A program made the translations under genes and the position numbers. Under the pieces are notes generated by a model that did no database searches, had not been told where the DNA came from, and worked only from the letters and a program-made list of their open reading frames with translations. Source: Candidatus Woesearchaeota archaeon (GTDB taxonomy: Archaea; Nanobdellota; Nanobdellia; Woesearchaeales; WAPY01). From it: 64,000 nucleotides of DNA. The stretch spans positions 9,775 through 73,774 of the forward strand of contig JBNAUL010000003.1 in assembly GCA_049700835.1 (NCBI GenBank), read 5' to 3'. Positions 47,979-58,073 of this stretch are shown here, one piece after another. Within the stretch, counting starts at the first letter, position 1. The number at the start of each line of letters is the position of its first letter.

Positions 47979-48922
47979 TATTTTTAAGACCAGAATACCT
48001 TTGGCTTTTGATTTCGCTTCCATTATTGGCAGCAACCCATTTCTTTGTTTTAAGATATTTGAAGAGAAGGGCTTTAAAGTTTGCCAATTTTGAAGCAATA
48101 AGAAGGGTTGTCGGCCCAGAAGGAACTTCAAAGAATGTGAATTTCTTATCAAAAAATCTTGGGCTTTTGATATTGAGAATGCTTGCCTTGTTTTTTGTAA
48201 TAACAGGATTGGCAACTCCTGTTGTTTATTATTCTGCTAAGACATCGTCCTCTGTTTTTGTTTTGGCTATAGACACTTCTTCAAGCATGCTTGCAGACGA
48301 TTTTACTCCTTCAAGATTAGAATCTGCAAAGCATTCTGCTCTGAAGTTTTTAGAGAAAATGCCATCAAAGACAAGAGCAGGGCTTATCTCTTTTTCAGGT
48401 TCCTCTTTTGTTGAAAACGACCTAACAGATGACAAACTTCTGCTGAGCTCAAAAATAAAAAATCTAGGTGTAAGTTCAATAGGAGGAACAGATATAGGGA
48501 GCGCATTAATAACCTCAACAAACCTTCTCTTTAAAGAAAACTCCTCAAAGATGATCATTTTAATAACAGATGGGCAAAGCAATGTCGGCGTTGAACCTTT
48601 AAAAGGAGCAGAGTATGCCAAGTCCAAAAATGTTGTTGTTCACACAATAGGAATTGGAACTAAATCAGGAGGTTCTTTTTTGCTTCCAGAAGCTGTTTCG
48701 ACCCTTGACGAGGAAACCCTGAAGAAGATTTCGCAAATGACTTATGGAGAGTATTTTAGGGCTGAAAATCCAAAGTCGTTAGAACGGGCTTATGAGACAA
48801 TAGCAGAGCACTCTGTTCAAAGAATATCAAGAAATATAAGTTTTGAACTACTGCTGATTGCGATTGTATTGTTGTTCATTGAATGGTCTCTAATGAATAC
48901 AAGATACAGAACTCTGCCGTAA
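47969..48922 (+). CDS. BatA-like von Willebrand factor A membrane protein
   Basis: FLRPEYLWLL N-terminus, MIDAS DTSSSM, GGTDIG, ITDGQ, LDEETL; C-terminal TM. Confidence 0.93.
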   Translation: MEIIFLRPEYLWLLISLPLLAATHFFVLRYLKRRALKFANFEAIRRVVGPEGTSKNVNFLSKNLGLLILRMLALFFVITGLATPVVYYSAKTSSSVFVLAIDTSSSMLADDFTPSRLESAKHSALKFLEKMPSKTRAGLISFSGSSFVENDLTDDKLLLSSKIKNLGVSSIGGTDIGSALITSTNLLFKENSSKMIILITDGQSNVGVEPLKGAEYAKSKNVVVHTIGIGTKSGGSFLLPEAVSTLDEETLKKISQMTYGEYFRAENPKSLERAYETIAEHSVQRISRNISFELLLIAIVLLFIEWSLMNTRYRTLP

Positions 48923-48968
48923 TTATTAAATCTAAAAATTAAATCTAACTTTTTGTTATTTAAATTTT

Positions 48969-49631
48969 TTATTTATGCAAAAACTCACCTATCTTTCTTT
49001 GCTTTGACTTTTTGTTCAGCTCTGAATAGGTGCTCCAAGATTTCCTGAACAATGCATTTAATCTTTGGTCATTAAAATTGTTCTTAAGAAATTCTCTTGT
49101 CAAAGGATCGCTTGGATAACCAGAACCAAAATCAACCTTGTATTTGTTTTTTATTTTTTCTATTTCTTGCTCTCTGACGACCTTTGCGATTATTGAGGCA
49201 GCCCCGACAACCTTGTATCTAAAATCAGCCTTGTGCTCAACTAAAAACTCAATGTTCTTTTTTAGAACATGCTCTTTTAAAAAATCCTCAAATTTCTTTT
49301 TGTTATTGCTTGGGCAATCGATTATGATTTTATCAGGGTTCAAGCAGTTTATTATTTCAACCATCTTGAGAGCTTCCAACTCGTTCAATCTTTTTTGGTT
49401 AACAAAGAAATCAATTTCTTTAGGAGGAATGATTATTATTTTGCTCTTTTTACTCAGCTTAAGTATCTTTTGAAACAATTCTTCTCTGGTTTTTTGAGCA
49501 AGGAGTTTTGAATCTTTAACTCCTATTCTTTCAAGTTTTTCAATGTTCTTTTCATCAAAAGAAACTCCTGCCAAAACCAAAGGCCCTATTACAGGGCCTC
49601 TTCCTGCTTCGTCTATTCCTGCAACAATCAT
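48969..49631 (-). CDS. rnhB: Ribonuclease HII
   Basis: GIDEAGRGPVIGP, VKDSK, EHKAD, AASIIAKV, GSGYPSDP, RKSW. Confidence 0.96.
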   Translation of the reverse strand: MIVAGIDEAGRGPVIGPLVLAGVSFDEKNIEKLERIGVKDSKLLAQKTREELFQKILKLSKKSKIIIIPPKEIDFFVNQKRLNELEALKMVEIINCLNPDKIIIDCPSNNKKKFEDFLKEHVLKKNIEFLVEHKADFRYKVVGAASIIAKVVREQEIEKIKNKYKVDFGSGYPSDPLTREFLKNNFNDQRLNALFRKSWSTYSELNKKSKQRKIGEFLHK

Positions 49632-49755
49632 ATTATTTAGTATGCTGAATTTATTTTTTTTATTTTTTGTTTTTATTTTTTTTATAACCAAAAAATCAAA
49701 TGAAAAATCAGATGAAAAAGAATGGTAACGAGCAATTAATTTAACAGAGGATAAA

Positions 49756-49830
49756 TAGCGGGGAGTGGATTTGAACCACCGACCTGTGGGTTATGAGCCC
49801 ACCGGGCACTCCTGACTGCCCTACCCCGCT
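49756..49830 (-). tRNA. tRNA-Met(CAT), initiator
   Basis: AGCGGGG...CCCCGCT-A with A1:U72; anticodon arm GTGGG-CTCATAA-CCCAC (three consecutive G:C); GGTTCAAATCC T-arm; no encoded CCA. Confidence 0.95.
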
Positions 49831-49990
49831 GTAATCACAAATTATTATAAACATTTGAAGCGCAACATTTACAAGACAAAAAAGCTTATTTATAAATTTT
49901 GTTGTTTTTGGGTTAAACTTAAAAAAGTTTATAAACTATCATGAAAAACCAAGAATGAAATAAATTACGAATAAATTTTTGGTGGTTAAG

Positions 49991-51115
49991 ATGCTTAATA
50001 AAAACAATGAAATAAAAGAAATAAGAAAAGAAAGAAAAAAAGAAAGAGGAAAAAAAATAAAGAAGAGCGATAATAAAAAAACATTTCTGGTTACAGGTGC
50101 ATCAGGGTTTTTGGGCTACAATCTGTGCAAGTTTCTTGTCAACAAAAAACAGAGGGTTATAGGCGTTGATATCAGCGACTTTAATTATGATGACTTAAAA
50201 GATAAGATTGTTTTTTACAGAGCAGACATAAGAGAAAAGTTTGCCATGGAAAAAATAATTAAAGGAGTTGACATCATAGTGCACGCAGCAGCAGCGCTTC
50301 CGCTGTGGAGCAAAAAAGAAATTTTTTCAGTTAATGTTTACGGCACAAAACTACTTTTGGAATTAGCTTATCAGGAAAATGTTGAAAGGTTTATCTTTAT
50401 ATCATCAACAGCAGTTTACGGCATACCAAAAACGCACCCTGTGACAGAGGAATCTCCAATATCTGCAATAGGCCCGTATGCAGAAAGCAAGATTGAAGCA
50501 GAAAAAATTTGCCTTGAATATAGGAAAAAAGGGATGTGCATTCCAATAATTAGGCCTAAAACTTTTGTTGGAGAGGCAAGGTTAGGAGTTTTTTCAATTT
50601 TTTTTGATTGGGCAAGAACAGGGCACAACTTTCCTATAATAGGCAACGGCAGAAACAGATACCAACTATTGGATGTTTCTGATTTAGCAGAAGCAATATG
50701 GCTTTGTTGCACAAAAGAGAAAAACATCGTCAATGATACTTTCAATGTCGGAGCAAAAGAATTTAAAACAATGAGAGAGGACTTTCAAGCTGTGCTTGAT
50801 TATGCAGGGCATGGAAAAAGGATAATAACTACTCCTGCATGGCTTGTAATTCCTGCAATAAAGGTTTTGAGTTTATTAAAACTTCTGCCTCTCTATCCTT
50901 GGATTTATGAGACAGCACATATAGAACACTATGTGGATGTTTCAAAGATTGAAAAAAAGCTTGGATGGGAACCAAAAAAGAGCACTTCGCAAGCATTGGT
51001 TGACTCTTACAAATGGTATGAAAAACATTGGAAGGAATACGAAAATTCAAGCGGAATAACTCATAGAACAAAATGGAATGAAGGAGTTATGAAATTCCTA
51101 AAATTTTTTATTTAA
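49991..51115 (+). CDS. NAD-dependent epimerase/dehydratase (extended SDR)
   Basis: VTGASGFLG, HAAA, ISSTAVYG, YAESK. Confidence 0.92.
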   Translation: MLNKNNEIKEIRKERKKERGKKIKKSDNKKTFLVTGASGFLGYNLCKFLVNKKQRVIGVDISDFNYDDLKDKIVFYRADIREKFAMEKIIKGVDIIVHAAAALPLWSKKEIFSVNVYGTKLLLELAYQENVERFIFISSTAVYGIPKTHPVTEESPISAIGPYAESKIEAEKICLEYRKKGMCIPIIRPKTFVGEARLGVFSIFFDWARTGHNFPIIGNGRNRYQLLDVSDLAEAIWLCCTKEKNIVNDTFNVGAKEFKTMREDFQAVLDYAGHGKRIITTPAWLVIPAIKVLSLLKLLPLYPWIYETAHIEHYVDVSKIEKKLGWEPKKSTSQALVDSYKWYEKHWKEYENSSGITHRTKWNEGVMKFLKFFI

Positions 51116-51176
51116 GATTTTTGCGATCAAAACCTTTAAAAATAATTTGTCATTCTTTTAATTGTATCAATTGCAC

Positions 51177-51326
51177 GCCGAGGTCGCATAACCTGGTATT
51201 GCGGAGGATTGCTAACTGCAATACTTTCGTAAAAATCCTCTGCCCGAAAGGGCTTAGGGGTTCAAAAGCACTTTCACAACCAAAGGCATTTCTGCTGTGG
51301 AATGCGTGGAAGTCCCCTCCTCGGCG
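51177..51326 (+). tRNA. tRNA-Ser(GCT) with two introns (37/38: 51215-51234; 59/60: 51267-51312)
   Basis: Acceptor GCCGAGG/CCTCGGC + G73; anticodon stem GAGGA/TCCTC; long variable arm GCCC-GAAA-GGGC; T-stem AGGGG/CCCCT; both inserts form bulge-helix junctions. Confidence 0.88.
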
Positions 51327-51469
51327 TTTTCTTTTTCTTTTTTCTCATTTCAAATTTTTTTATTTAATAGACAATGTTAAAAATTAATATATTTTAAAAA
51401 ACAATAAAATATAAAAGGAAGTTTGTTTTACATTTTTTTGCAAAAATATTTTTAGGGGAATGATTTTTC

Positions 51470-52789
51470 ATGGAGCCAAAAAATTTTCTTTTTGTTTCGC
51501 TAGATGCCTTAAGCATAGACCTTGCTTGGCATGTAAAAAAAGAAGGACATAATGTAAAGTATTACATTGAGAACAAAAACTTAAAGGATATTGGAGACGG
51601 TTTTGTTGAAAAGACAGAGGATTGGCAGCAGGAGATTGATTGGGCTGATGTTATTGTTTTTGACGATGTTTTAGGGCAAGGAATAAAGGCAAAGAAATTA
51701 AGGGATTCTGGAAAATTAGTTGTTGGAGGAACTCCATATACTGACAGGTTGGAAGATGACAGGACCTTTGGGCAGCAGGAACTCAAAGAACACGGTATAC
51801 CTATTCTGCCTCACAAGGACTTCACTTCATTTGATGAGGCAATAGATTTCATAAAACAGAATCCAGGAAGGTATGTCATAAAACCGAACATTTCCTCAAA
51901 TGCGCAATCAGTTTTTAAAGGGCTTTTATTCGTTGGAGAAGAAGAGGACGGCAGGGATGTCATTCAGCTCTTGGACGCTTATAAAAAGGCATGGGCAAAA
52001 AAACAGATTTCATTTCAGCTACAAAAGAGAGTTATGGGAGTTGAGGTTGCTGTTGGTGCTTTCTTTAATGGAAAAAAATTCATTTATCCGATAAATGTTA
52101 ATTTTGAGCACAAAAAATTATTTCCAGGTGATTTAGGGCCTTCAACAGGGGAGATGGGAACTTCAATGTTTTGGAGTTCTCCAAACAAAATATTCAATCA
52201 AACGCTTAAGAAATTTGAAGAAACCCTTGCAAATGAAAATTATGTTGGTTACATCGACATAAACTGCATTGTAAACAATTATGGGATATATCCATTAGAA
52301 TGGACTACGAGGTTTGGTTATCCAACAATCCACATTCAGCAAGAAGGAATTTTAAATCCGATTGGAGAGTTTTTATACCAACTTGCAAAGGGGGAAGATA
52401 TAAAGTTCAGAACAAGGAGCGGTTTTCAGATTGGAGTTAGAATAGTTATGCCTCCTTTTCCGTTTGAGGATAAAAAAACCTTTGAGATTAAATCAAAGGA
52501 GGCTGTTATTTATTTTAAAAAGAACGGTTCTAAAAATGGCGATGTTTACAATGGAATTCATATAGAGGATGCAAAGATTGTTAATGACGAATGGGTTGTT
52601 GCTGGAGATACAGGAGTTGTTCTGGTAATCTGCGGGACAGGACAAACAATGAAACAAGCGCAGAAACAGGCTTATACAAGGATAAAGAACATAATCATTC
52701 CAAACATGTATTACAGGACTGACATAGGAGATCGCTGGGTCGATGATTCTGACAAGCTAAATACTTGGGGTTATTTGAGAGAAAACTGA
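51470..52789 (+). CDS. Phosphoribosylamine-glycine ligase-like ATP-grasp enzyme
   Basis: LEDDRTFG, YVIKP, EHKKLFPGDLGPSTGEMG, GYIDIN, LEWTTRFGYP, YRTDIG. Confidence 0.85.
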   Translation: MEPKNFLFVSLDALSIDLAWHVKKEGHNVKYYIENKNLKDIGDGFVEKTEDWQQEIDWADVIVFDDVLGQGIKAKKLRDSGKLVVGGTPYTDRLEDDRTFGQQELKEHGIPILPHKDFTSFDEAIDFIKQNPGRYVIKPNISSNAQSVFKGLLFVGEEEDGRDVIQLLDAYKKAWAKKQISFQLQKRVMGVEVAVGAFFNGKKFIYPINVNFEHKKLFPGDLGPSTGEMGTSMFWSSPNKIFNQTLKKFEETLANENYVGYIDINCIVNNYGIYPLEWTTRFGYPTIHIQQEGILNPIGEFLYQLAKGEDIKFRTRSGFQIGVRIVMPPFPFEDKKTFEIKSKEAVIYFKKNGSKNGDVYNGIHIEDAKIVNDEWVVAGDTGVVLVICGTGQTMKQAQKQAYTRIKNIIIPNMYYRTDIGDRWVDDSDKLNTWGYLREN

Positions 52790-53054
52790 AAACAGCACAG
52801 AATATTTAACATAAAAAATTTAGGACTTTTAAAATTAGTTCAAAATTTGGTTTGGAAAAAACAAGGGTTTCTTAATTTTCTTTCAGCATGAAAAACTGGG
52901 CTGCGTTTTCAATAAATTTTATATTGTTTTTAATACTGTTTTTAAAGATTTGTTAACACTTTAACAATAAAATTCAGCGGGTTTTGGGGATTCATTTAAA
53001 CTACTCTTAAATAAAAATAAAAATTTATAATGAACAAGATTGCCATTTTTTTAT

Positions 53055-53624
53055 ATGATAGCATTATTGGAATCTCAAATGTTTGGTTTAATAGTAATGC
53101 CCATACTAATTTTCATTCTAAGAGTTTTGGATGTAAGTTTGGAAACCTTGAGGATAATCTTTATATCAAGAGGGATGAAATTAATCTCAAGCATAATTGG
53201 CTTTGTTGAATTGATGATTTGGCTCGTTGCAATAAGCCAAATAATGTCTAATCTAAACAATTTTCTTTATTATATTTCCTATGCAGCAGGTTTTGCAGTT
53301 GGAACATATGTAGGAATTGCCATAGAAGACAAAATTGCAATGGGGCTTGATTTGCTTATGATAATTACAACCAAAGACGTGTCAAAATTAGTTGCTTTTT
53401 TGAACTCAGTGAACTACGGCATAACAATAATGGACGGGCAGGGAACAACAGGAAAGGTAAAAATAATCTATACAGTAGTAAAGAGAAAAGATGTGAGTGA
53501 TATAATCGGGTTGATAAAAAAATTCAATCCAGACGCATTTTACAGCATTGCAGATGTGAGGAGCGTAAGCCCAATGGCAATATTCCCAAGAAGTTCTTTA
53601 AAAACTTTTAAGATAGGAAAATAA
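53055..53624 (+). CDS. UPF0316 / DUF5698-DUF2179 membrane protein
   Basis: IFILRVLDVSLETLRII, GFVELMIW, YAAGFAVGTYVG, GITIMDGQG, NPDAFYSIADVR. Confidence 0.88.
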   Translation: MIALLESQMFGLIVMPILIFILRVLDVSLETLRIIFISRGMKLISSIIGFVELMIWLVAISQIMSNLNNFLYYISYAAGFAVGTYVGIAIEDKIAMGLDLLMIITTKDVSKLVAFLNSVNYGITIMDGQGTTGKVKIIYTVVKRKDVSDIIGLIKKFNPDAFYSIADVRSVSPMAIFPRSSLKTFKIGK

Positions 53625-53628
53625 TTTT

Positions 53629-55647
53629 TTATTGAATATTTAATTTTTCTTGAAGTTTGTACAGCTTTAAAAGGATTTTCTGCCAAATGTTAAGTTTTTC
53701 AAGATTTATGCTTGCTTTGCTCTCAACAAAATACTTTCTCTGGCGTTTGTCAAAATAAGCAATTCTTAAATTTATTTTGTTTTCACCTTCATTCAATAAT
53801 TTTGAAGGGAGTTCTATTATTAACTCATTCTCTTCTTGAATGTTTTCAATATTAATTTTTCTCTCAAAGTTTTCATGGGTTACATAAAGGACAGCATAAT
53901 CCAAATTCCCTTTTTCCTTTTTGATGCTTATCTTTATCCTAAAGTTATCCCTGAAACTGGTCTTTTCAGGTATTTCAACTTTTGTTATTGATATTTTTGG
54001 GGTTTCTATTACCTTGTATTCAAAAAGATAGTTTTTTGAGAAGTCTTCTGCTTTCAGAGCAATTTCTTCTCTTGAAAATCCAATTTTAGAGTTGTTTATC
54101 TTAAAGTTTAAAGTTACATTGTCATTTATCGAAAGTTTTGTTTCAAAGCATTCTTTTGAAAAACATACAATCAAAGGCTCCAAAATTGTGTTGCCCAAAT
54201 TCCTTAATACACAGGTAAGATTATCTTCATCCTCATAAAACTCTTTTGGGCTGCACTTTAGTTCTATCTTTCTTACATATTCTCTTTTCTCGAAACTTTT
54301 TGCAAACTCATAAACTCCTTCCTTTGATAACTTAGGATAGTTCTCTGAGACAGCAAAGTTCGTTTCAGCACGATAAACGTTGTTATAAACAACAACAGGC
54401 ACTTTATATATGTAATTTCTTTCAAAGCCACTTGTTCTCAAAAACCAATAGATTGTTGATTTTGATTCTGGCTTTAAGACAACGCACTTTTCAACATCAT
54501 CTTCTAAAATAACATTCTTGTTTTCTGATATTTTCAGGCAAATCGTCCTGTAACTTCTAAGTTTGTTTTCTATAACAGAATAAACTACATTGTATGAATC
54601 CAAATAAATCTCTTTTTTAAAAACATATACTTCAATTTTCAAGCCTTCATCATTTTCAGTTTTTTCAAGTTCAAGCACGCTTGCATTCATTACACTACTT
54701 TCGCTGACAATCTCAATATTGTTCCCAACCCATGAATATGTTATTTGGCTCTTATTTTCCGAAGGGTATTCTAAAATTATATGGGAATTGTCCAAAAACC
54801 CAAACTCACCGTAGTTTGCATCAAAAGGAACCCAACCAATGCTATTGAAATATGCCTCAATCCAAGCATGGGGATTAAAACCTCTTGTTTCTTCCAAATC
54901 TGAATAGGCAATTCCGCTAACAACCCTTGCAGGAATTCCTATTGAACGAAGCATGGCAACATACAAAGTGCTGTACTCGTCGCATGTTCCTCTCATGTTT
55001 TCAAAGACCCAAACAGCATCCTTCTCAAAATTAGAATAATTCAAATCGTATTCCATGTTTTTGTAAATCCAAAAACCTATTTCGCTCACAGCGCTGAACA
55101 AATCAGGAGAGCCCTCTGTGAGTTCTGATGCTTTGCGTTTTATCCTTTCGTTAAAATTGAATCTGCTTGTTCTTTTCAGGTATTCTTCCATGCCAGAACT
55201 GTTTTCTGGGAATTGGATCTCTTCAGCAGTAAGATAAATTTTTTCTCTTTGGATAATAGAATTGAGTTTGAAATCGATGATTTCATTGGGCATGAGTTCT
55301 GTTGTGAGTTCTTCATCTGTTATCTTCGAATTAGGCAGAGTTTCAAAAAAGATTATTCTTTGATAACTGTTGTTTTTTGGAAAAGTTCTTGTTTTAAAAC
55401 TAATGTTTTTTATGTAGTAATCTTTTCCCTTTATTAATCGCGCTCTAAGCGTGATGTTTAATTCCAAATTTGCAATTTTGGATTTCATTAAATCGTTATA
55501 AATTTCATCAGAGTTATCTTCTGATGCGCATGCAGTCAACGAATCAAACAACAGAAATATTGATATGGAAACAATGATACAAATTAAAAAGGATTTATTT
55601 TTCAATATTTTTTTTAAAACTCGTTTGTTTGTTTTCATTAAAATCAC
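53629..55647 (-). CDS. Secreted transglutaminase-like domain protein with C-terminal Ig-like domains
   Basis: GTCDEYS, RSIGIPARVVSG, HAWIEAY, GWVPFDAN (Cys-His-Asp triad); N-terminal signal. Confidence 0.9.
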   Translation of the reverse strand: MILMKTNKRVLKKILKNKSFLICIIVSISIFLLFDSLTACASEDNSDEIYNDLMKSKIANLELNITLRARLIKGKDYYIKNISFKTRTFPKNNSYQRIIFFETLPNSKITDEELTTELMPNEIIDFKLNSIIQREKIYLTAEEIQFPENSSGMEEYLKRTSRFNFNERIKRKASELTEGSPDLFSAVSEIGFWIYKNMEYDLNYSNFEKDAVWVFENMRGTCDEYSTLYVAMLRSIGIPARVVSGIAYSDLEETRGFNPHAWIEAYFNSIGWVPFDANYGEFGFLDNSHIILEYPSENKSQITYSWVGNNIEIVSESSVMNASVLELEKTENDEGLKIEVYVFKKEIYLDSYNVVYSVIENKLRSYRTICLKISENKNVILEDDVEKCVVLKPESKSTIYWFLRTSGFERNYIYKVPVVVYNNVYRAETNFAVSENYPKLSKEGVYEFAKSFEKREYVRKIELKCSPKEFYEDEDNLTCVLRNLGNTILEPLIVCFSKECFETKLSINDNVTLNFKINNSKIGFSREEIALKAEDFSKNYLFEYKVIETPKISITKVEIPEKTSFRDNFRIKISIKKEKGNLDYAVLYVTHENFERKINIENIQEENELIIELPSKLLNEGENKINLRIAYFDKRQRKYFVESKASINLEKLNIWQKILLKLYKLQEKLNIQ

Positions 55648-55682
55648 TTGCTTTTTTTATGCTATTTCAATATTAAACCATT

Positions 55683-56231
55683 CTATAAAATGCTATAAAA
55701 AACTGATATAAAAATAAAAATAAGCAATAAAATCAACCAAAACAAGTTTATTAAAAAATATTGTTTTGCTGTTTTTTTAAGTATCAAGTGCATCTCATTC
55801 TTTTTAAGGTATTTTTTGTTTTTGTCAAAGACCTTTGGAATCAAAAAATAACTTTCAAGCAGTCCGAAAAATAGCAAATTCAAGAATATGAGTGGGCTGT
55901 TAGCATACTTTGCAATGCTGAGTTTTCCTATTGTAAGATTCAACATGAGAAACAAAGGCAGCAAACAAAATAAAATCCTTAAGAAAGTTTTGATTCTCAA
56001 ATTCAGGAAAATAACCAAGGCAGCATAAAATAAAATTTTTATTGCCAAACTCTTAATCAAGAAATGAATTGTAATGGTCGTTATTGCTAAAAAAATAATC
56101 TTTGCCAAAAATTCATATGTCTTCTTCCAATAAGAAACCTCCTCAGGAGCTATTAAACTCAAAAAACTGCCAACCATTATTCCTGAATTACAAACAGCTC
56201 CAAAAATTATTAATTCAAGATATTGATCCAT
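55683..56231 (-). CDS. Hypothetical multi-pass membrane protein
   Basis: Several TM segments; LSLIAPEE motif. Confidence 0.65.
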   Translation of the reverse strand: MDQYLELIIFGAVCNSGIMVGSFLSLIAPEEVSYWKKTYEFLAKIIFLAITTITIHFLIKSLAIKILFYAALVIFLNLRIKTFLRILFCLLPLFLMLNLTIGKLSIAKYANSPLIFLNLLFFGLLESYFLIPKVFDKNKKYLKKNEMHLILKKTAKQYFLINLFWLILLLIFIFISVFYSIL

Positions 56232-56269
56232 TTTTAATTTATCCTTAATTTATTTTATTTGTTCCTTTT

Positions 56270-57988
56270 TTAAAGATTCTTTAAATAATCTATCAATTCT
56301 TCCAAAATTTTTTCTCTTACTGCTTTTACAAACTTTATTGTTCCTGCCATTTTATGACCACCGCCGCTTATAAAACCGCTGCTTATCTTTTTCTTCAAGT
56401 GTTCTATGGCTCTAACAGTGTTGAATTTCTCAAGAGAGGTTCTTATGGTTATGTAATCAGAGCCGATTCCCAGAACAATAACATCCATAAGTTTTCCACG
56501 TTCTGAAAAAAAGTCATAAGCCATTCCAGTTATCTTTCCAGGAGGAGGGAATTCTGCTCTCAAGCTTATCTCATCAAGATTGAGCATGAATATCCTGAAT
56601 CCATTAACTTCTTTTTCTTCTTTTAAGTCCTGAATTATCTTTAATTGTTCCTTTTCTCTCCTTTCAATATCCTGCATCAGCAGTTCAACAAGTTTCTTCT
56701 GTTTTTCAATATTGCTGCCAAGCAAATCATCTATCAAGCTTCTGCTCTCAACAAAGCCCAAGTAATAGGCTTCAAAATCAATGCACTTTGCAACCTTTTT
56801 TAGAAATTCTAAATCTATCCTATTGGAAGCAATTTTCAAGTATTCCTCAATTTCTCTTCCCTTAACTTTATCTCCAAGTCCTGAGAGAGCAGGAAGCAGT
56901 TCAATGTTGCTTGCATTTTCATTTATAAATCTTGAAAGTTCTGAGCAGAGCATTCCTGCTGTTATGCTCTCGTTAAAATTAAATAGATGAGGATTTAAGT
57001 GAACCTCAACTATTTTTTTTACAGGACACTCTTCCTCATGCAAAAATGGTTGGTGATGGTCTATTACAATTACTTGAGCATCATAAATCTTTAGTTTCTT
57101 TATTGCAAGCAGGTCCTCTTCGCTGCTCCCAAAATCAGCCAATATTATCAACGGAGGTTTCTCTTCGTATTTTTCAATCCATTCTAAACTGTAACTTAAA
57201 TCCTTTGTTGCGTCAGCATACTCGTAGAAAGGAGTTTTGCTAGGGCTTCTCCTGTAATAATAAGACGCTGTTGTTTCATTTTTATGTTCTTCAATTATTA
57301 ATGGCAGTATTGCCCTTTCCAAAGCAATCCCGCCGCAATAACCATCGCAATCTGCATGGTGTCTTATTATGATTTTTCTTGAATCAATTATTGCTCTTCT
57401 TATTAATGTAGCTGCTTTTAGGAATGTTTCCTTCATTGCATCATAGCATTCAGATTTTATTATGAATTCTTGGTTCTTTGGAATACTTCTTTTATCTTTT
57501 TCCTCATCAATGTTTCTGCTTACTTCCTCTTTTCTTTCTTGATTCAGGTCATCGTATCCTAAAAACTCTGCTTCTTTTTTGTTGTCATAAACCCTAATGA
57601 AGAGTTTTGCCCTTATTATGTCGCCTGTTTTTATATCTGAAAAAGCTCTTTTTCCAGGACTAAATGATTTTGCATAGATAAATCCTGAACCGTCATTCAG
57701 CTTGAATACTATTGGTCCTGAAGTTTCTGTTACTGATTCAACCAAAACATCAAAAGCATATTGTTTTCCATTGTCCTCTTTTCCAAGCTCTGAAATTCTT
57801 TTTGATTCTGATGCTCTTACAAACTTAAAGACAGGAGTTCCTGAGAAATCGATCTTTGCAAGTTTTAGAATTGCATTTCCATTAAACTCTTTATCCTCAA
57901 GTTTGCCTTTTATGCTGTTGAGCTTTACAATCCTGCCTTCAACAAAGCAAGAATATTCTTTTCCTACTATTAAATCTGTTATTTTCAT
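56270..57988 (-). CDS. RecJ-like DHH phosphoesterase with OB-fold (archaeal COG1107-like)
   Basis: IRHHADCDG, SPSKTPFYE, DFGSSEED, IDHH, PPPGK, GGGHKMAG. Confidence 0.9.
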   Translation of the reverse strand: MKITDLIVGKEYSCFVEGRIVKLNSIKGKLEDKEFNGNAILKLAKIDFSGTPVFKFVRASESKRISELGKEDNGKQYAFDVLVESVTETSGPIVFKLNDGSGFIYAKSFSPGKRAFSDIKTGDIIRAKLFIRVYDNKKEAEFLGYDDLNQERKEEVSRNIDEEKDKRSIPKNQEFIIKSECYDAMKETFLKAATLIRRAIIDSRKIIIRHHADCDGYCGGIALERAILPLIIEEHKNETTASYYYRRSPSKTPFYEYADATKDLSYSLEWIEKYEEKPPLIILADFGSSEEDLLAIKKLKIYDAQVIVIDHHQPFLHEEECPVKKIVEVHLNPHLFNFNESITAGMLCSELSRFINENASNIELLPALSGLGDKVKGREIEEYLKIASNRIDLEFLKKVAKCIDFEAYYLGFVESRSLIDDLLGSNIEKQKKLVELLMQDIERREKEQLKIIQDLKEEKEVNGFRIFMLNLDEISLRAEFPPPGKITGMAYDFFSERGKLMDVIVLGIGSDYITIRTSLEKFNTVRAIEHLKKKISSGFISGGGHKMAGTIKFVKAVREKILEELIDYLKNL

Positions 57989-58073
57989 TTTATCTTTTGC
58001 TTTTTAAAATTATTGATTAACGTGTTCTTTTATTATTTTATCATTAACTTTTAATTATTAAATTTTTTTAAAT

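Noticed and set aside
51121-51387. 88-aa ORF in track
   Set aside because: Overlaps the intron-containing tRNA-Ser
49756-53624. tRNA-anchored integrated element
   Set aside because: No integrase and no duplicated tRNA 3' end noticed
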